Shown here one piece after another: positions 18,262-28,510 of a stretch of DNA of 63,630 nt. Within the stretch, counting starts at the first letter, position 1; every line of letters starts with the position of its first letter. The stretch spans positions 17,747-81,376 of the forward strand of contig JAAUYU010000025.1 of assembly GCA_014804965.1 (NCBI GenBank). Reading direction: 5' to 3'. The notes under the pieces were generated by a model. It was not told where the DNA came from. It worked only from the letters and a program-made list of their open reading frames with translations, and searched no databases. Origin of the DNA: Desulfovibrio sp. Lineage in GTDB: Bacteria > Desulfobacterota > Desulfovibrionia > Desulfovibrionales > Desulfovibrionaceae. A program made the position numbers and the translations under genes.

Positions 18262-19329
18262 TGAATTTAGGAATAGGTCGTGAGTCTAGCTTGCAACCAC
18301 CTTTTTTCCCAACACCATTCTCACCCACAGCCCACGAATACACTACTCCCCCTTTCTTTTCTTGAACGGCTGCTACTCGTCATGCTTGCAGCATCACTTT
18401 TCAGCATCAGCAATCGTGTCGGGTGACCTGAAAGATTATGCTGCTTGAGGCTCGCCCCCTGACATTCACCGGGTATCAGCTCTGTTTTGGCATAAGTGCC
18501 GCAGGGCTTTTCCTGAGGAGGACAGGAGGCCTGGGAATATTCTTTGTCCTTGGGCGTACTTTTTCAAATACGTAAAAAACTCACGCGCCATTTCACGTGC
18601 CGGGTCATTCCGGCGGGTAGCCTCACGAACTTCTCCATGGTCCGGATCTCCAACGTATACCACGTGCGTACTCCCCATGCCGTTCTGACGGTAGGAGAAG
18701 CGCGAACAACTGCTTCCTGCGGTATGTATTGTGGCTTATTGCATCGGGGGATTTTGGGAGCGTATTGTCGCGAAGCACCTCTGCTGCACGCATAATAGAT
18801 GCCCTATACATAACACATTCTGACAGCATCATCAATTTGCAGGTTGTCGATCCATGTCATCAATACTCAATCAGCATCCGTTTACCCCCTCCGGCCGCGA
18901 TACTTCTGATTTTTCCCCATACCCTTCACAGTAAAGGCTTCGTGGCCTGACTCTGATCGGAGTGATTTGCCCTTCTCGCACCTCGGCGTGCTCCAGGGCA
19001 AAAGCCAGTCGAGCTCCCCGCGGCAAACACAGTCCTCAGGCTGCGCGCGGGCCTGATTGTGCCCCCCTCCATGTACGCTTGCCAGAAGAAAATCAGCCCG
19101 AAGGACCTCTTTCGCGCAAGCCGCTACAGCTGCCCTGCGGTAAAAGGGTCTACCGGCGCCCACAATGCAAGAACCACCCGAAAAGTGTCGAGGCTTGCAG
19201 CTCGTGGCATACGAATTGAGGTAGCCATAAAAAAAGTAAATCAGCTGATAAAAGAAAAAAATTTCACAATCTCCTCCCAAGCACGTAGGAATAAGCTCAT
19301 CCAAGACTTTTAACCCCGCGAGTGAAGCC

Positions 19330-20328
19330 ATGACCAAAAAAATCTTTGCAGGATTGTGTGCGGTTTTTCTTGGCATTTTCTATGCGCTCAACGCTCTGGC
19401 GGCCATTGAGATTAAATGCGCAGCTCCTGGCAATGAGCAGCATCCATTTACAAAAGCCTTTAAAAAAATGGGCGAATATGTGGAAAAGGAGAGCAACGGC
19501 AAATACAAGGTCAGCGTTTATGGCGATTACAAGCTGGGGAATACCGACACGCTGGGCCTTGGGCTCCAGATGGGCACCATCCATTTTCTGCTGGACAGTT
19601 CGGGCAATCTGAGCACCTTCACGCCTGAACTCAGCGTTTTTGACCTCCCTTATGTGCTGCCCACCCAGGACGCGGCCAACCACATTCTCCACGGCAAAAC
19701 CGGAGAGGAGATCTGCAAGCGGCTGTCCACAAAAAATCTCACCTATCTTGCGATGGCGGACTCGGCCTACCGTAACATGACCACATCCAAGCCGGTCAAC
19801 AGCCTGGATGACATCCGCAAACAAAAAATACGGGTCACGCTTTCTCCCTCACATCAAAAGGCTCTCAACGCCATGGGCATCCAGGCGACCCCGATGCCCG
19901 CTTCTGAAGTCTATACCGGCATCCAGCAGGGCGTGGTCGATGGCGTTGACATCGACTATCCGTGGGGCGTGAATCTCAACTATTATGAAGTGACCCCGTA
20001 TGTCTTTGAGTCCGGTCATATCTACAGCCCGCAAATGCTCCTGACTGGCACAAAGTGGTGGAACAGCCTTTCGCCGGAAGACAAAAAGATGTTTGAGCAG
20101 GCCATTCAGGTCTGGCTGGACGAGGCGACCTCCGCGCACGCCGCCCTGGTTGAGGAGAGCAAGCAAAAGTATCTGGATAAAGGCGCTAAAATCGTAGTAC
20201 CCGATGAGCAGGAACGCGCCCGCTGGATCGAGGCCGCCAAGGCCACAAGGCAAAATCTTACCAAGCCCCAGCAGACGATGCTGGAGATCATCGACACCGA
20301 ACTCAAGACCGCGGGCCTGGCCAAATAG
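19330..20328 (+). CDS. dctP: TRAP transporter substrate-binding protein (DctP family)
   Basis: Signal peptide, about 330 aa, DctP-like. Followed by Q and M subunits. Confidence 0.9.
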   Translation: MTKKIFAGLCAVFLGIFYALNALAAIEIKCAAPGNEQHPFTKAFKKMGEYVEKESNGKYKVSVYGDYKLGNTDTLGLGLQMGTIHFLLDSSGNLSTFTPELSVFDLPYVLPTQDAANHILHGKTGEEICKRLSTKNLTYLAMADSAYRNMTTSKPVNSLDDIRKQKIRVTLSPSHQKALNAMGIQATPMPASEVYTGIQQGVVDGVDIDYPWGVNLNYYEVTPYVFESGHIYSPQMLLTGTKWWNSLSPEDKKMFEQAIQVWLDEATSAHAALVEESKQKYLDKGAKIVVPDEQERARWIEAAKATRQNLTKPQQTMLEIIDTELKTAGLAK

Positions 20329-20330
20329 CG

Positions 20331-20846
20331 ATGATCAAAATCCTGAACATCCTAAGAAAGATAAACACCATCAGCGCCCTGGCAGGTGCCTCGCTCTATG
20401 CACTGATGACCGGCGTCTGCTTTCTGCAGGTGGTGATGCGGTACTTTTTTGAATCCGCACTCCAGTGGCCGGAGGAGTGCGCGCGATTCGCCTTCATCTG
20501 GCTTGCCTATCTGGCCTTCGCCATTTCCATGTTCACCAAGGCCCATTTGAGGGTGGACGCGCTGGTTATCCGCTTCCCGCTGCTGGCGCAGAGGATCATT
20601 GAAGCCATCAACATGCTCATAAGCGCGGTATTCTGCTTTTATATCGCGTGGCTTGCGCTGGAGATGATAGAGGTCGTGCGTGAATCCGAAATAACAGCCA
20701 TGACCATGCCCATTCCCCTGGCGCTTGTCTGGCTGTCGATTCCCGTGGGATTCACGCTGTCGGGGATATATGCCCTCTTTTATTCCGTCTGCCTTTTCTC
20801 CGGGCGCCTCACAGTGGAAGACAAGAATGAGGAAGTTCTCATATGA
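20331..20846 (+). CDS. dctQ: TRAP transporter small permease (DctQ family)
   Basis: 171-aa, 4-TM protein. Its stop overlaps the dctM start (ATGA at 20843). Confidence 0.85.
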   Translation: MIKILNILRKINTISALAGASLYALMTGVCFLQVVMRYFFESALQWPEECARFAFIWLAYLAFAISMFTKAHLRVDALVIRFPLLAQRIIEAINMLISAVFCFYIAWLALEMIEVVRESEITAMTMPIPLALVWLSIPVGFTLSGIYALFYSVCLFSGRLTVEDKNEEVLI

Positions 20847-22114
20847 GCAGCGTACTCGGTGTCTTGTTCCTCTCCCTGATCTGCCTGCTCCTGATGGGAG
20901 CGCCGGTGGCCATTGCTCTGGGCCTTTCCGCGCTTCTGGGCATGTATTTTGGCGAAATGTCGTTTATGCTGCTGATTCAGCGGCTCTACAACACCTTCGA
21001 TGCCTTCCCCCTGCTCGCGGTGCCTTTCTTTGTGCTGGCGGGCGACATAATGCAAAAAGGCACCATCGCCAATTCCCTGCTGGGCCTCTGCCGTACCCTT
21101 ATCGGACATGTGCGCGGCGGGCTGGGGCTCATCTCGGTCACCACATGCCTGTTTTATGGCGCCCTTTCCGGTTCCGCGCCGGCCACCACGGCGGCGGTGG
21201 GTGGCATAATGATCCCGGCCATGGACAAGGACGGGTATCCGCGCCTGTACGCCACGGCCCTGAATACCGCCGGGGGCTGCCTTGGCGTCATGATCCCACC
21301 AAGCGTGCCCCTGATCCTTTATGGTTCGACCGTTGGCTGCTCGATCTCGGATCTTTTCATTGCCGGCATAGTGCCAGGCATCCTCGTGGGCATATGTTTT
21401 ATGGTCATGGCCTATGTTTCCGCGTGCAGAAACCATTGGGGCACACGGCAGGCCAGGGCCAGCCTGTGGCAAAAACTCAAGGCGACCTGGGACGCGCGCT
21501 GGGCCCTGATGGTGCCTGTAATCGTCCTGGGCGGCATTTATGGCGGCATCCTCACGCCAACCGAAGCCGGTTGCGTGGCAGTGGTGTATTCGCTGTTCGT
21601 GGAGGCTTTCATAACCCGTTCCCTCACCTGGAAAAAGCTCTATGACATCTTTTTCGCCTCCATGCGCACAACCGGTGCCATATTTGCGATCATTGCCACA
21701 GCAAACGCCCTGAGCATAGTACTCGTCTACTACAATACCCAGGAAATTCTCTACAACATGATCATGGGGATCAGCTCGAGCCCCATCATCATTTTGCTGG
21801 TCATTTCCGCAATACTGCTGTTTTTGGGCACTTTTGTGGAAACTGCGGTCATTATCCTGGTCATGGCACCCATGCTTTTGCCCATCGCCACGGCAATAGA
21901 CATTACGCCCGTGCAATTTGGCATTTTCATGCTCGTCCTGCTGGCCACCGGATTTCTTACCCCGCCGGTCGGGGTCAATCTGTTTGTGGGTGCCAGTGTA
22001 GGTAATGTTTCGTTTTCAAAACTGAGCGCCCAATGCCTGCCGTTTTGTGGCGTAATGATCCTGGTGGGCCTGGCAATAGGGTTTTTCCCCAAAATGGTAA
22101 CCTTTCTTCTGTAA
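20843..22114 (+). CDS. dctM: TRAP transporter large permease (DctM family)
   Basis: 423-aa polytopic protein with the typical DctM N-terminus. Confidence 0.9.
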   Translation: MSSVLGVLFLSLICLLLMGAPVAIALGLSALLGMYFGEMSFMLLIQRLYNTFDAFPLLAVPFFVLAGDIMQKGTIANSLLGLCRTLIGHVRGGLGLISVTTCLFYGALSGSAPATTAAVGGIMIPAMDKDGYPRLYATALNTAGGCLGVMIPPSVPLILYGSTVGCSISDLFIAGIVPGILVGICFMVMAYVSACRNHWGTRQARASLWQKLKATWDARWALMVPVIVLGGIYGGILTPTEAGCVAVVYSLFVEAFITRSLTWKKLYDIFFASMRTTGAIFAIIATANALSIVLVYYNTQEILYNMIMGISSSPIIILLVISAILLFLGTFVETAVIILVMAPMLLPIATAIDITPVQFGIFMLVLLATGFLTPPVGVNLFVGASVGNVSFSKLSAQCLPFCGVMILVGLAIGFFPKMVTFLL

Positions 22115-22148
22115 TTAAGCAGGAGAGAAAAAAAGGAGTATCTGCCTT

Positions 22149-23021
22149 ATGATGGTCATTGATTTCCGCATCCGCCCCCCCTACAAATCCTTCATGAGCA
22201 TGGGAATTGCCGGTGCCGGGCTGCCCAAGCTGGATTTCAAGAATGACGCATTCCCGGCCTGGCATGGACGCAAGCGCGTGGCTTCCTCCATGCCCGATGG
22301 CAGCATGGATAAATTCATGCTTGAGATGGATGTGGCAGGCATCGAGGTGGGCGTCCTGATGGGCCGCCGCACCGGCCATCCGGTCAATGGCGATGTGGAC
22401 AACAAGGACATCCAGGAGCTGATCAAAAAATACCCTGGCCGCTTTGTGGGTTTTGGCGGTATCAACCCGCATGAAAAAGACGCCGTGGACAGAGTCAAGG
22501 AATGCGCGGATCTGGGATTCAAAGGCATCGGCATTGATGCCGGCTGGTGCAATCCGGAAGTCTATGTGGACGACCCTAAATTGATGCCCGTGTATGAACA
22601 GGCCGCCAAACTCGGGCTTATTTCCTCCATTACCATGAGCGCGTTTTTGGGCAGCAATATCAATTTTTCCGATCCCACACGGCTGCAAAAAGTCGCCCAG
22701 GCCTTCCCCGAAATGCCCATTGTCGTGCCGCACGGCTGCTGGCCCTATGTCACCCAGGCTTTCGGCGTTGCCCTGATGTGCAATAATGTGCATCTCATGC
22801 CCGATACCTATCTGTATGTGCCCAACTTCCCGAATCGTAATGACTGGGTGGACGCGGCCAACTCGGGCTTCCTGCGCCACAAGCTCATTTTCTGCAGCTC
22901 GTATCCCATCCGCGACCTTTCCGAGTGCGTTGAAAACTGGCGTTCACTGCCGTTTGAGCGCGCGCCTCTGTATGACTCCCTCTATTACAATGCCGCCCGC
23001 CTTCTCAAGCTGACGGATTAA
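22149..23021 (+). CDS. Amidohydrolase_2-family metal-dependent hydrolase/decarboxylase (ACMSD/LigW/LigI-like)
   Basis: 290 aa. The N-terminal VIDFRIRPP strand and overall TIM-barrel amidohydrolase pattern. Substrate unknown. Confidence 0.7.
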   Translation: MMVIDFRIRPPYKSFMSMGIAGAGLPKLDFKNDAFPAWHGRKRVASSMPDGSMDKFMLEMDVAGIEVGVLMGRRTGHPVNGDVDNKDIQELIKKYPGRFVGFGGINPHEKDAVDRVKECADLGFKGIGIDAGWCNPEVYVDDPKLMPVYEQAAKLGLISSITMSAFLGSNINFSDPTRLQKVAQAFPEMPIVVPHGCWPYVTQAFGVALMCNNVHLMPDTYLYVPNFPNRNDWVDAANSGFLRHKLIFCSSYPIRDLSECVENWRSLPFERAPLYDSLYYNAARLLKLTD

Positions 23022-23164
23022 GCGCACCTTGCCGCCTCGTACCTATAACTGGCACGGGGCGGCTCTCCCCACAACTGGCGCATGTTTCCCCGCTCCCATT
23101 CCCGCCCGGCAATGTGAACATCACATTGCCATTTTCCTTCCATTAACCTGCACAGGACAAAACA

Positions 23165-25087
23165 ATGTTCGAGCATATTTTCAAGCCTTTGACCATCCGG
23201 GGCAAGACCATAAAAAATCGCCTTGTGGTCCCGCCCATGGTTACTGATTTCTGTGATGCCGACGGCAAAGCCACCGAAAAATTCCTGGCCTACCATGAAG
23301 CGCGGGCCAAAGGCGGCTGGGGTCTGATCATTACCGAAGATTACGCCGTTGACCCCAGGGGCCGTGGCTTCAGCCATGTGGCCGGTTTATGGGACGACGG
23401 CCAGATCGAAAGCCACAGCGAATTGCCCAGGCGCGTCCATAAACACGGCGCGACCATTCTGGCGCAGATCTATCACTGCGGGCGCCAGACAAATCGTGCC
23501 GTTATCGGCGGAGTGCCGGTTGCGCCCACGGCCATTGCCTGCCCCTTTGGCACTGATGTGCCGCATGAGCTGACCGGCGCGGAAATCAGGCATCTTATCC
23601 AACAATATGCCGAAACCGCGGCGAGAGCCAAAAAATGCGGTTTTGACGGCGTGCAGATCCATGGGGCGCACGGCTATCTCATCTGCGAATTTCTCTCTCC
23701 GTATACCAATAAGCGCACGGATGAGTATGGCGGCAGTTTTATAAACCGGGCCCGCTTCGCGACGGATATCATTAAAGCCATTCGCGAAAAGTGTGGCGAC
23801 GATTTTATTATTGATATGCGGCTTTCCGGCAGCGAACGGGTGGAGGGCGGCCTGGAGCTGGAAGACATCAAGGCCCTTATGCCCTTGCTCGAAGATGCCG
23901 GTCTTGACATGGTCCACATCTCCGTGGGCAATTATCTTTCCGTGGACGACAATGTGGCCCCCGCCGAAGTGCCCCATGCCTGGATCACGGACTGGGCACA
24001 GGAAGTGAAAAAGGTCTGCAACATACCCGTGACCACTGTCTCCAGGATCAACGACCCTTTCATGGCGGAAAATATCTTACGGCAGAATAAGGCCGATTTT
24101 GTCGCCATGGGCAGACAATCCCTGGCCGACCCGGATACCCCGGAGAAAACACGCCAGGGAAATCTCAACGATATCCGCCACTGCATAGCCTGCAACGACG
24201 GGTGCATCGGCACTCTCTTCGGGGACCATGCCATCCGGTGTGTCATCAATCCCCAGCTGGGGCGTGAATACGAAGGCGGGCCGCAAAAAGCGGGAAAGCG
24301 GAAAAAAGTTGTGGTCATCGGGGCCGGCCCCGCTGGCCTTACGGCCGCTCTCACCGCTGCACAAAAGGGACACGACGTTACTGTTTACGAAAAAAGTTCC
24401 AGGCCGGGGGGCCAGTTCTATGTGGCGGCCATCCCGCCATGCAAGGGTGAGATTGCGGACTTTATAGGCTGGCAGGTCGCACAATGTAAAAATATGAACA
24501 TCCCCATTCATTACGATACAGAAGCTGACGCCAAAATGATCGGGGCGCTGAAGCCCGATATCGTCATCCTCGCGAGTGGAGGCGTCCCCGCTGTCCCTCC
24601 CATAGAGGGCATGGACACTCCCGGTGTCTGCACAGTGCCTGAGATCCTGCTGGGCAATATCATGCCCGGCAAAAATTGTGTTGTCATCGGCGGCGGCCAG
24701 GCCGGCATTGAAACTGCGCATTTCTTGGCGCAGATGATGCGCAATGTGACTGTCCTGGAATTTTTGGACACTATCGCTCCCGAGGAAGCCATCGGCCCCA
24801 GGATGAAAAGGCTGAAAATGCTTGCGGATCGGAACGTTAAGTTGTTTACTGGAATGAAGGTAACAAAGATAACAGCTGACTCGGTCATCGCCGTCGACAA
24901 GAAGGGGCAGGAGCACGCCTTCCCGGCCGACACGGTCGTGATCGCGACCGGCACCAAATCCTTTAACGGTCTTGAAAAAGACTTGAAAGACGCGGGTCTT
25001 GATGTGCGCACGATAGGCGATGCGCGGCGCGTAGGCAAAGTTCTCGATGCCACTACCCAGGGGTACGAAACCGCCGCAGCCATCTAA
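23165..25087 (+). CDS. OYE-type FMN oxidoreductase fused to an FAD/NAD(P)-binding domain (2,4-dienoyl-CoA reductase / 2-enoate reductase family)
   Basis: 640 aa. OYE N-terminus, Cys cluster HCIACNDGC, and Rossmann motifs VVVIGAGPAGL and VVIGGGQAGIE. Confidence 0.85.
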   Translation: MFEHIFKPLTIRGKTIKNRLVVPPMVTDFCDADGKATEKFLAYHEARAKGGWGLIITEDYAVDPRGRGFSHVAGLWDDGQIESHSELPRRVHKHGATILAQIYHCGRQTNRAVIGGVPVAPTAIACPFGTDVPHELTGAEIRHLIQQYAETAARAKKCGFDGVQIHGAHGYLICEFLSPYTNKRTDEYGGSFINRARFATDIIKAIREKCGDDFIIDMRLSGSERVEGGLELEDIKALMPLLEDAGLDMVHISVGNYLSVDDNVAPAEVPHAWITDWAQEVKKVCNIPVTTVSRINDPFMAENILRQNKADFVAMGRQSLADPDTPEKTRQGNLNDIRHCIACNDGCIGTLFGDHAIRCVINPQLGREYEGGPQKAGKRKKVVVIGAGPAGLTAALTAAQKGHDVTVYEKSSRPGGQFYVAAIPPCKGEIADFIGWQVAQCKNMNIPIHYDTEADAKMIGALKPDIVILASGGVPAVPPIEGMDTPGVCTVPEILLGNIMPGKNCVVIGGGQAGIETAHFLAQMMRNVTVLEFLDTIAPEEAIGPRMKRLKMLADRNVKLFTGMKVTKITADSVIAVDKKGQEHAFPADTVVIATGTKSFNGLEKDLKDAGLDVRTIGDARRVGKVLDATTQGYETAAAI

Positions 25088-25118
25088 CCTATCCTCGCGC
25101 CTAGGCCCGCAGGCCTCC

Positions 25119-25170
25119 CATGCCCTGATCTGAGAATGGATTTTCGCGCTTATTTTCAGATCAGGGCATG
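25119..25170. repeat. Perfect 15-bp inverted repeat (stem-loop; terminator or operator candidate)
   Basis: catgccctgatctga (25119-25133) and tcagatcagggcatg (25156-25170), with a 22-nt loop. It lies between the flavoenzyme stop and the LysR start. Confidence 0.5.
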
Positions 25171-25260
25171 GCGTTTGGTTTCTCCGAAAATCAGGAGGGT
25201 TCGCCACAAGTACACAGCCCGTAAAACACTGCTGCCTTTTTTGTTACAGGAGGGTTAATA

Positions 25261-26202
25261 ATGGATTACCGATTATTAGATTCCTTTCTGGTGCTTGCCG
25301 ATTTGCTTCATTTTGGACAAGCTGCAAAAAAGCTTAATATGTCTCAGCCTTGTCTGAGCAATCAAATCGCCCGACTTGAATCTGATTTGGGAGGAGCCCT
25401 CTTTGACCGGACAAAGACAAGAGTCCGTCTTACTGAGGCCGGCAGAATGCTTCAAGCGGAGGCAAAAAAACTGCGTGCTGATTCAGAGCGGCTGCGCTTT
25501 CGCCTGCAAAGCTTTTTTAAAAACGAAGAAGGAGTTCTCTCCCTAGGATATGGAGATGTGACAGAATTGAAAAGACTTTCGCGGGCAATCCTGAAAATGC
25601 ATGAACTTTACCCACGCATACGATTTCATCTTTGCGAGCTTGACCCGGGGGAAACTGTAGAACGCGTTCAAAACGGTTCCTTGGACGCCTCGGTCGTGAC
25701 CGGAACACCGAATGAAACTTTTCCTCCCGATCTGCAGCCAATCAAAATCATGGAAGGACGCCTGCGGGCCGCGCTGCCAGCCAATCATCCTCTGGCAAAG
25801 CAGGAAAAGCTCACTCTGGAAGACCTGCAGTCAGAGAAAATAATTGCCTGCACGCCTCGCCAGTCTGACGAAATGCAGGATATGGAACAGGTAAAATCGA
25901 GCTGGGTGCAGGAAAACCTCCTGAGCTCCTCGGACGTGATTCTCGACGTCAGGCGGCGCACAACTGCCTACTGGATGGTAAGTACCGGCCTTGGAGTAGC
26001 AATACTGCCGAACTGCTATGAGCTCATTCCCAGTGTGGACCCATCTCTTTCCTCTGCGGTAACAAATGTTGTGTTCAAGGACGTGGAAGGCCTTGATATA
26101 GCAAGCTGGACATGGTTTGTAACGCTGAAAAACCGCTCTGACTCTCTGATTTCGCGCCTGACAGAGTGTGTGCGCGACACTTTTGATCCCCATGAATTCT
26201 AA
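25261..26202 (+). CDS. LysR-family transcriptional regulator
   Basis: N-terminal HTH LLHFGQAAKKLNMSQPCLSNQIARLE plus a substrate-binding domain. GGAGGG RBS. Confidence 0.9.
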   Translation: MDYRLLDSFLVLADLLHFGQAAKKLNMSQPCLSNQIARLESDLGGALFDRTKTRVRLTEAGRMLQAEAKKLRADSERLRFRLQSFFKNEEGVLSLGYGDVTELKRLSRAILKMHELYPRIRFHLCELDPGETVERVQNGSLDASVVTGTPNETFPPDLQPIKIMEGRLRAALPANHPLAKQEKLTLEDLQSEKIIACTPRQSDEMQDMEQVKSSWVQENLLSSSDVILDVRRRTTAYWMVSTGLGVAILPNCYELIPSVDPSLSSAVTNVVFKDVEGLDIASWTWFVTLKNRSDSLISRLTECVRDTFDPHEF

Positions 26203-26685
26203 TGTCTGCAAGTAGAAATTTTCTAAATTATGCCGTAGAGTTACTAAAAACGAGCTTCATCAAATACCATCGCGCGCCCCAACACGTACCACACCTGAGA
26301 CAGTAAGATCAGGAAACCATCATCAGCAAATGTTCCCGAGGGAAGCCCCATTTATGCTTTTCAATTCTTTCTGATGAAGATATGTGTTGATGATTGTCCA
26401 AAAGGCGTTGCGAACGCGTGTCGGCGAGCGTTGCGGCCTGCATAGAGCTGGAGCCCCCTAAAAAGAAGTTTCCCACGTCTCTGGCGCGCAGGTCGGCCCT
26501 GGGCAAAAGCAGCGGATCTCTTTTCCGGGGAATCGGAAAAGCCGTATCACACTTCTGCCCCCATCGAGGAATAAAATTCAAAATAGGTGAATATCCTTTT
26601 TTGATTTTACGAGTAATTTGCCATTGCCTTTCTGAGCCATTACGGCGTACCCCCTAGGGAGAGATTTTTCTCCAAGGAGAGCCCT

Positions 26686-27207
26686 ATGCAAGAAATCCGC
26701 ATTGACGTGACACGCCAGACAGAGGAAGAGCTCGCGCTTGCGAGGCGCCACGCGCAGCTGGTGTTCCGGTTCAATCACACCATGCCGGAAACACCGGAAT
26801 ACACTACCCTGATGCGTGAGATTTTTCCCACCATGGGCGAAGGGAGCGTGGTCTTTGCGCCGCTCACGGCCATCAGGCCGCACATGGTGCAGATCGGGAA
26901 GAATGTCGTGGTCATGAACGGCTGCCTGATGATGGCGGCCGGTGGCATCTTCATCGGCGACAACGCCATGCTGGCGGCCAATGTGCAGCTGTTAAGCAAC
27001 AATCATGACCTTGTGGAGCGGCAGGTCATCACCTGCAAGCCCGTCCATATCGGGGCGCGGGCCTGGATCGGCGCGGGAGCCACCCTTCTCGCGGGGGTCA
27101 CCATCGGGGAAAATGCGGTCGTGGGCGCGGCCAGCGTGGTCACGCATGATGTGGAGCCGGACACCATTGTGGCCGGAAACCCCGCGCGTTTTATTCGCAA
27201 GGTGTAG
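26686..27207 (+). CDS. Sugar O-acetyltransferase (maltose/galactoside acetyltransferase family)
   Basis: Mac-like N-terminus followed by hexapeptide repeats IGARAWIGAGATLLAGVTIGENAVVGAASVV and GNPARFIRK. Confidence 0.8.
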   Translation: MQEIRIDVTRQTEEELALARRHAQLVFRFNHTMPETPEYTTLMREIFPTMGEGSVVFAPLTAIRPHMVQIGKNVVVMNGCLMMAAGGIFIGDNAMLAANVQLLSNNHDLVERQVITCKPVHIGARAWIGAGATLLAGVTIGENAVVGAASVVTHDVEPDTIVAGNPARFIRKV

Positions 27208-27242
27208 CGGAAAGCCCGGCGCCGTGCGGCGGGACGTGCCCG

Positions 27243-28148
27243 TCAGCTCGGCTCCGGCGCGGCATCCCTGGCATAATCCTCGTTCAGCAATTCCATCATC
27301 TTCCGTGCCGGACGGGAGAGCCAGATGTCCTTCAGGGTCACAATGGCGGGGGTGAGCGGGTCGGCCAGTTCAAAAATGTATCTCTGCGCGAGCCGCCTTT
27401 TCCTTTCCGTCTCGCATTGGGGGATGATGGCAACCGCTGCCAGGCTTTCCAGCATTTCCAGCAGCACGAAGGAATCCTGGCTGAAGCAGATTATCCGCGG
27501 CTCCAGGCCATGCAGTTGCAGGGCATGGCTGATGATGTTGTAAATGCCGCCGCCGTTCCACCGGCGCGGGATCATGAGCGGCCAGCGGCACACCTCGGCC
27601 AGGTGCATCTCGCTTTCGGCCGGGGGCGGCAAAAGCGGCGAGAACACAGCCTCGAGCCGCTGGGGCTGGAGTGGCGTGATGTTGAATTCCTTGCCGGCCA
27701 GCGGCAGATACAGCACGGCGAGCTCAATCAGCCGCTGCCGGACGAGCCATGCAAGCCGCTCGCTGTCGGCAAAGAGGGCCTGACAGGCCACATGGGGAAA
27801 CTCCGCGGCGACCTTGGGCAGGAGCCGCTGAAACATGGCGACGCAACTGGTGGAAAAGCCGATGCGCACATTCCCCTTTATCTCGTCGTCACGCTCCACG
27901 ATCCTGTGCGCAAGGCCCTTCATCTTGGCGAGGATGGCCCGGCCTTCCTCATAAAGCCTTGTGCCCGCCTCGGTGACTATCCAGTTTTTGCCCTGGCGAA
28001 AAATCAGCGTGCAGCCCAGGTCATTCTCAAGCTCTTTCAGGGCCATGGACAGCGGTGGCTGCGAAAGGCCCAGCCTGCGGGCGGCCTTGTGGATGCCGCC
28101 CTCCTCGACCATGGCGCAAAAATACTGGATTTTCTGAAGACTTATCAT
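27243..28148 (-). CDS. LysR-family transcriptional regulator
   Basis: HTH IQYFCAMVEEGGIHKAARRLGLSQPPLSMALKELE. ATG 28148 is preferred; the track ORF starts 12 codons earlier at 28184. Divergent from the TRAP operon. Confidence 0.85.
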   Translation of the reverse strand: MISLQKIQYFCAMVEEGGIHKAARRLGLSQPPLSMALKELENDLGCTLIFRQGKNWIVTEAGTRLYEEGRAILAKMKGLAHRIVERDDEIKGNVRIGFSTSCVAMFQRLLPKVAAEFPHVACQALFADSERLAWLVRQRLIELAVLYLPLAGKEFNITPLQPQRLEAVFSPLLPPPAESEMHLAEVCRWPLMIPRRWNGGGIYNIISHALQLHGLEPRIICFSQDSFVLLEMLESLAAVAIIPQCETERKRRLAQRYIFELADPLTPAIVTLKDIWLSRPARKMMELLNEDYARDAAPEPS

Positions 28149-28510
28149 ACGCGGCCCAATCCCGTTTGAAAGCAAGGGTATCATGCCCGGGCGGTCCGGT
28201 AAACCGGGTTATGGGCGTGCCCTCGGCTGCTGCGCCACCGCGCCCGGCACGGCCGCCACACGCTTCTGCTCCGTCGCCGCGCGGGGCCCCGCGATGCGCT
28301 CGTCCTCGGCCAATCTTGATATGATTGACCTATGGAGCCGATATAAATTTCGTGAACGGTTGTCTGGACCATTTTTTTCTTGTAGGGTAGCGGTTAATTT
28401 CATCCATCCGAAACTGAGAGCCGGGTGCCGATGATTTTGTGGGGGGCCTGATTTTGTCCTGTGCAACCACCTGCCTCTGGTTGTTCACCTTTTAAACAGA
28501 GAGGGGACCC

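Larger units (their letters stand above)
18262..26685. other. Lower-GC accessory segment directly downstream of tRNA-Val (candidate genomic islet; no mobility genes seen)
   Basis: Sampled 60-nt lines here are about 38-55% GC against about 65-73% in the flanks. The segment begins at the tRNA 3' end with about 1.07 kb lacking a convincing ORF. Confidence 0.5.

Noticed and set aside
18466-19376. ORFs 18466..18678- (70 aa) and 18882..19376- (164 aa) as real genes in the post-tRNA gap.
   Set aside because: They have no RBS, no family resemblance and odd residue composition. 18882..19376 also overlaps the dctP start. They are more likely decayed or non-coding DNA.
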